The position numbers and the translations under genes were made by a program. DNA of 63,903 nt, counting the filler, from Salisapilia sapeloensis CBS 127946 (Eukaryota > Protista > Oomycota), in the NCBI GenBank assembly GCA_023334545.1. It is 7 parts of 7 records of this genome, joined end to end, with 100 filler letters (N's around TTAATTAATTAA, not from the genome) between each part and the next. Parts side by side here need not be neighbours in the genome. Positions count along the whole stretch, not along the records: positions 58,916 to 62,741 come from JAADVB010000720.1; positions 62,842 to 63,903 come from JAADVB010001332.1; 5 more parts are not named here. One strand, written 5' to 3'. Each line of letters opens with the position of its first letter. Position 1 is the stretch's first letter. The notes beneath the pieces are model-generated. The model was not told the origin of the DNA, searched no databases, and was given only the letters and a program-made list of their open reading frames with translations. Shown here in pieces: positions 59,521-63,903 of the stretch.

Positions 59521-61068
59521 ATGCAAGCCTTGTCCGAGTGGTTCCACCGCGCGAGCGGGTCCAGCGGAGACTCAGAGGATGACGTTCGTCACAGCGACTC
59601 TCCGGCGCCCAGTCTGCCGTCGACGTCGCCGTCGCCGAGCACGACCGAGTCGACGACGGCGCCTTCGTACCAGGAGTCGGGCGTCCTGCCGCCGCACATT
59701 GTGGTGCTCGTCCACGGGAACAACGGTTCTCCGACAGATTTTGACACGGTGGAGGAGACGCTGCACCGGCATTTCGGCCGCACCGAGCTGCTGGTGATCA
59801 AGTCGGAGGCCAACTTCCAGCGGACGTCGCACGGCGTCCAGACGGGCGGAGAGCGCCTGGCGGAAGAGGTGATGCACAAGGTCCTCATGTACGAGCTGGC
59901 ACCGGACGTGGACGTGTACAAGATGTCGTTCGTCTGCCACTCGCTCGGCGGCCTGTACACGCGCTACGCTCTGCCCCAGATCATGTCGTCGCTCTCGTTC
60001 CTCCGCATCGACTACGTGAGCTTCGTGACGCTGAGCACGCCGCACCTGGGGTCTCGTCGCGGTCGAGGCGAGTCAGCGCTGCGCAGGATCTACCGCGCCG
60101 GCGTGCACACGGTCCTGGCGTCTCGCGCCATCTACGGCCAGACGGGCGTGGACCTCTTGATGGACCCCAAGGTGGAGGCCAAGGCCGAGGTCAAGGCCGA
60201 AGCCAAGGCGGAAGGCAAGTCCAAGGCCGAGGTGCGCGCGGAGGTCAAGGCGGTGGAGGAGCAACTTCGCAGAGCGGAGGAGGAGGAGACGCCGCTTCCG
60301 CCGGTGCTGCAGACGATGAGCGAGCTGGACTCGGAGTTCGTCCGGGCGCTCCGATCGTTCCGGCACTGCACGCTGGTGGGCATGACGGACGGAGACGTGG
60401 TGGTGCCGTACCCGTCGGCGTCGGTGCGTAACTTCAATCCGTACCCGAGCACGGTGTTCCGGGAGCGGTTCCTGGACTGGCGGTGGCACCTGTGCCACTC
60501 TGGCTTCTCCCGCGCCGACTCGGACGCCGAGTTCTTCCGGCGACTGGAGGCGAACGTCGTTCCGTCGTGCGAGACGCAGGACTGGCTACAGGGAACGGAC
60601 GTGGAGAGCGCGCCGCGGTTCGAGAGCGCGGACGGATACGAGTGCGACGACCGGCACGAGGTGGAGTTCCCTTACTCGATGCTGCGGAACCTCCAGCAGG
60701 CGGTGGCGTGGCGGCGCATCGACCTGTGCGTGCAGCCGGGCGGGTTCAAGGGCAAGCTGCGTCTGCACGACTGGTCGATCAACAAGATGCAGCCGGAGGA
60801 CTGCAAGGCGGAGGAGTGGGTGCGGGTGCTGGCGGACATGGTGGGGAGCGACCACGGGCTGCGTGTGCCGCCCATGTCTCCCCCGCGGCCGTTCGGGCGG
60901 AGCGCGCATTCGGACTTGGAGGCGCTGGACGTCTCGGAAGGCTTTGGGTGGAAACAGGGTCGGTACCGAGCGGCCCACAGCGACGGTGGGGAGCGTCTGT
61001 CGCTGCAGGAGACGGGGGGCGGCCGACGCGACAGTTCGCCGGACTCGGACTGCCGGCTCTTTGGCTGA
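59521..61068 (+). CDS. DUF676 putative lipase/serine esterase
   Basis: HIVVLVHGNNGS, SFVCHSLGGLYTRYA, STPHLG, DGDVVVPYPSA; GC-rich codons. Confidence 0.9.
   Translation: MQALSEWFHRASGSSGDSEDDVRHSDSPAPSLPSTSPSPSTTESTTAPSYQESGVLPPHIVVLVHGNNGSPTDFDTVEETLHRHFGRTELLVIKSEANFQRTSHGVQTGGERLAEEVMHKVLMYELAPDVDVYKMSFVCHSLGGLYTRYALPQIMSSLSFLRIDYVSFVTLSTPHLGSRRGRGESALRRIYRAGVHTVLASRAIYGQTGVDLLMDPKVEAKAEVKAEAKAEGKSKAEVRAEVKAVEEQLRRAEEEETPLPPVLQTMSELDSEFVRALRSFRHCTLVGMTDGDVVVPYPSASVRNFNPYPSTVFRERFLDWRWHLCHSGFSRADSDAEFFRRLEANVVPSCETQDWLQGTDVESAPRFESADGYECDDRHEVEFPYSMLRNLQQAVAWRRIDLCVQPGGFKGKLRLHDWSINKMQPEDCKAEEWVRVLADMVGSDHGLRVPPMSPPRPFGRSAHSDLEALDVSEGFGWKQGRYRAAHSDGGERLSLQETGGGRRDSSPDSDCRLFG
60181..60240 (+). 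repeat. Imperfect 12-bp coding repeat (KAEV/KAEA/KAEG)
   Basis: AAGGCCGAGGTC AAGGCCGAAGCC AAGGCGGAAGGC AAGTCC AAGGCCGAGGTG. Confidence 0.75.
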
Positions 61069-61130
61069 GGACAGGGCGTAGGTGCGAGATTGCTTTATTT
61101 AAGTCTCTTTGGAATACGATTTCTTGTCTC

Positions 61131-62441
61131 TTACTCGAGTCTACGTGTCCACTCTTGGAGGCGGGCCGGCGGGAGGGAGAAGCCTTGTTGCGAGCACTTT
61201 TGTCCTGCCACGTCGCACGCCAGTCGGAGAGCCTGCTCCAGCGAGGCGTTGGACGTTAAGGCTGCGAGCGTGGCGCCGATGAACGAGTCACCGGCGCCGA
61301 CGGACTCGACCACGTCGGCTACTGGCGTCGTCGGCATGGACCGCAGCGTCTTGGTCTCGCTGTCGATGTAGTGCACTCCGTCCGGCCCCCACGGCAGGAT
61401 CCACGTCTTGATCCGTTCCCAGTCTTTCGGCACGACCATCTTGTCCAGAAAGGTCTTGGCGTCTGGGCAACAAAGGTTTTCCCTCAAGTAGTCTTTCGAG
61501 AGGAAGACATAGTCCGCCATGGCCACGGACCTACATGTTTCTCCTGGTCGTTAGTCTAGTCCGAGGGAATGGAGGGCAGCATGTCTACTACGTCTGGATG
61601 TCGACCCACTGGTTCCGGAGCGCTTCGACTTCGACCGACACGACGGCGCTCGGGAACACCGACCGCACGTGCCTCAGCATGTGGCCGACGTTCTCCCAGT
61701 TGCGGCCTTCAAAGTGGAACCACGTCGGCTCGGCCGGAGACAGCTCGGACGTTCGAGACGTGAAGGAGGCGCAGGACAGCTCCGGCAGGTCTCTCGAGTG
61801 CACGATGGTCCGGGACCCTGTGTCTTGGCTGACTAGGATGAACTTTGCTCTCGGGTGAGATCTCTACAGCGCAACGGCGTCATCGGACAAACGTACCGAG
61901 GCAGGCATACTGCCGGACGGAAGGATGGTCGCGAGCGACGTGTCCACGCCGTGCGTCCGGAGGTCCTCGTGGACCAGCGCTGCGTCCGAGTCCGTCTCTG
62001 GGTCCGTGGACGTGCCCATCCATGCACACTTCGCTCCGAGCTGCGCGCTCACGACCTGATGGCCATGGTAGAAACATAGGAACACGACGAGTATATTTTT
62101 AGAAGCGTACGAGTGCGTTCGTGACGTTCCCGCCTCTACCCCAATCCGTCAGATAACGTCGACTAGCGATATTCTACGCGTCTACCTCGACTGACGGCGA
62201 TGCAGTGACCGGACCTACGTCATGCATGAGCCGAGAATAGCGACTAGCCGGTCGGAATAAGAAAACCTTGGTATCCTCTGCTCAAGACATGAAGATAAGA
62301 ACGTCAGGAAGAAGTCTATTTGCAGCTCGAACCCTGCGGAAAGCGCTCCACTGTGTGGATCTCGTCGACCGTGGCGATGCCGACGCCCAGCAGCTGCATG
62401 TCCGCTGCTTCGAGATCGACGTTCTGGAATCGTCGCGACAT
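61131..62441 (-). CDS. KHK: PfkB-family ketohexokinase-like sugar kinase, about 8 exons
   Basis: LLGVGIATVDEIHTVERFPQ|EDTK|VRSLHRRQS|RGGNVTNAL, GSRTIVHSRDLPEL, WFHFEGRN, SVEVE, DYVFLSK, VESVGAGDSF. Confidence 0.85.
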
Positions 62442-62472
62442 GTAGCCACCTGTCTCTGATTTGTCTCGGCGG

Positions 62473-62484
62473 TCATTTTCGAAT
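62473..62484 (+). promoter_or_regulatory. INR-like element for the gene at 62519, within the 77-bp gap to the divergent KHK-like gene
   Basis: TCATTTTCGAAT, the same 12-mer as the first ZIP core promoter. Confidence 0.5.
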
Positions 62485-62518
62485 CAGACAGCGAGTACTC
62501 GGATCAAAAGTCTACTAG

Positions 62519-62741
62519 ATGGCGACGCAGACACCAGCAGCAGAGCAACCTCGATCGGACCAGCCACGCATGGTGTTCTTCATGCCTCCACCCGTGACTG
62601 TGTGGATGCAGCTGGACAATGGGATGCAAGTCGCGTTCTCGCCCACGGTTACCATGCCGTCGTTCTCGAGCGGCAGCAGCCCAAGTTTCTGGTCTTCGAT
62701 GCAGGGAGGTTTCAACCAGTTTCTGCATGACCTTTTCCAGC
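62519..62741 (+). CDS. Unidentified protein, 3'-truncated
   Basis: ATG-initiated frame open to the contig end, divergent from the KHK-like gene. Confidence 0.55.
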
Positions 62742-62841
62742 NNNNNNNNNNNNNNNNNNNNNNNNNNNNNNNNNNNNNNNNNNNNTTAATTAATTAANNN
62801 NNNNNNNNNNNNNNNNNNNNNNNNNNNNNNNNNNNNNNNNN
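62742..62841. other. Artificial contig linker
   Basis: N44-TTAATTAATTAA-N44. Confidence 0.99.
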
Positions 62842-63641
62842 CCTCTATTTCAGCGTAGGATAGAGCACGAGAGGCGACATGTAATAAAATTATAAAGCGG
62901 CACCTCCATTGGTAGTAGGGACCATTCGTTTTTGTACTTCTAATTTCGCGGGAAAGTTATATTATAGCGTTCCGTTAGGTTTCCAATGGCAAGCGGCAAA
63001 ACAATATCGGCGATTCTCAGCAAACTCGGAATCGCCCGATTCGATTATCGCTAATAGAGCTACAAAATGTAAATCCTCAATTACGCTGACTCGGTTTTAT
63101 GCGCGAATACGGCCTTAGTGTTTCCTCGATGTCACATTTTTCGACTAGATCATTGCTTCATTTTTGCATTGTCTTTCGAATTGCTTCATGACGATTGAAG
63201 CAAAGAGTAGACTTTAGAGTAGCACATACACTTCTGGATGAGATCAGCAGACATGGATGCACGCTTTTTCAGCAGTCAGACATAACTATCCGTCAATTTT
63301 GCTAAGTTTTCTAATCCTGCATTGGATTGTCGGTGTGCGTTATTTATCACTCGGACACGTATGCATTTCGTTTTCCGTTCTGGTGTAAGATTTTGAATTT
63401 ATATAGCTCTTGCGTATGGAAGATGGATAAGAATAAAGCTGTAAAGCTAAGTGTCACGAGGTATAGCCGTCTGTATCTTAGGAAAATGTTCGCCCATCTT
63501 GACGACTGCCACGAGTAAGATGTTAGAAATATAAGACGTCGTTGTTGCGGGCTTATTATGAACCACAATACCGAGATAAGCCAGTGAAATCTACTTGAAT
63601 GCTGTTTATTTGCACTCCATGTCAATGCTCGAATGGTTTCA

Positions 63642-63660
63642 TCTCTCTCTCTCTCTCTCT
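63642..63660. repeat. (TC)9 microsatellite
   Basis: TCTCTCTCTCTCTCTCTCT. Confidence 0.9.
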
Positions 63661-63903
63661 GATTCCGTAGATCGATTGAACGAACCAAAACACCTTTGCT
63701 ATCATTAGACTAATGGTTTTTGCTTTCATTCGGCGTTAAAAATATAAAAAAAGGAGAAATCACAATTAAGTTTATCAATCCAGCGGACTGCCTACGAGCG
63801 AGCTCGACTGTATGAACGTGCTCAGCATTAGAGACTGCGTAGTTTTAGCGAGCTGTAGCCCTTCGTCGCCAACGTCATGCTGCCCTTTGCTGAGGATCAC
63901 GAG

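Noticed and set aside
59572-61259. Many long overlapping ORFs on both strands in contig 6
   Set aside because: Expected by-product of high GC3 in the DUF676 and KHK-like genes; no motifs.

Overview
This window is not one chromosome segment. It is seven eukaryotic contigs (1-17692, 17793-24156, 24257-50396, 50497-56963, 57064-58815, 58916-62741, 62842-63903) joined by six artificial 100-nt linkers (N44-TTAATTAATTAA-N44). Short GT-AG introns, oomycete-type INR/FPR core promoters, M96-like genes and a flagellar MIP-like gene point to a zoosporic oomycete. About 30 genes or gene fragments can be modelled: kinases, a PDZ scaffold, a TBC1D23-like protein, an SLC43 transporter, two ZIP transporters, frataxin-like, QNG1, PX, EEP, SDR, a putative transcription factor, CYP, two WW-WW-FYVE-ARM paralogs, epoxide hydrolase, C8orf82, DUF676 and a ketohexokinase-like gene. 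The main unexplained signal is that three contigs are each bounded by their own exact 141-bp inverted repeat, and each repeat overlaps a reading frame. Contig 2 is flanked by two identical MDP1 3' ends around two convergent ZIP genes. Contig 4 holds two otherwise strongly diverged head-to-head paralogs that become nucleotide-identical in register. Contig 1 is flanked by an unidentified ORF tail. The 141-bp length matches the k-mer overlap of a k=141 de Bruijn assembler, so the true repeat length is unknown. In-register homology, a diverged but collinear 36-bp block beyond the MDP1 repeat and raised GC3 in the repeats suggest real inverted gene pairs homogenised by gene conversion. All family assignments come from recalled motifs; no database search was run.
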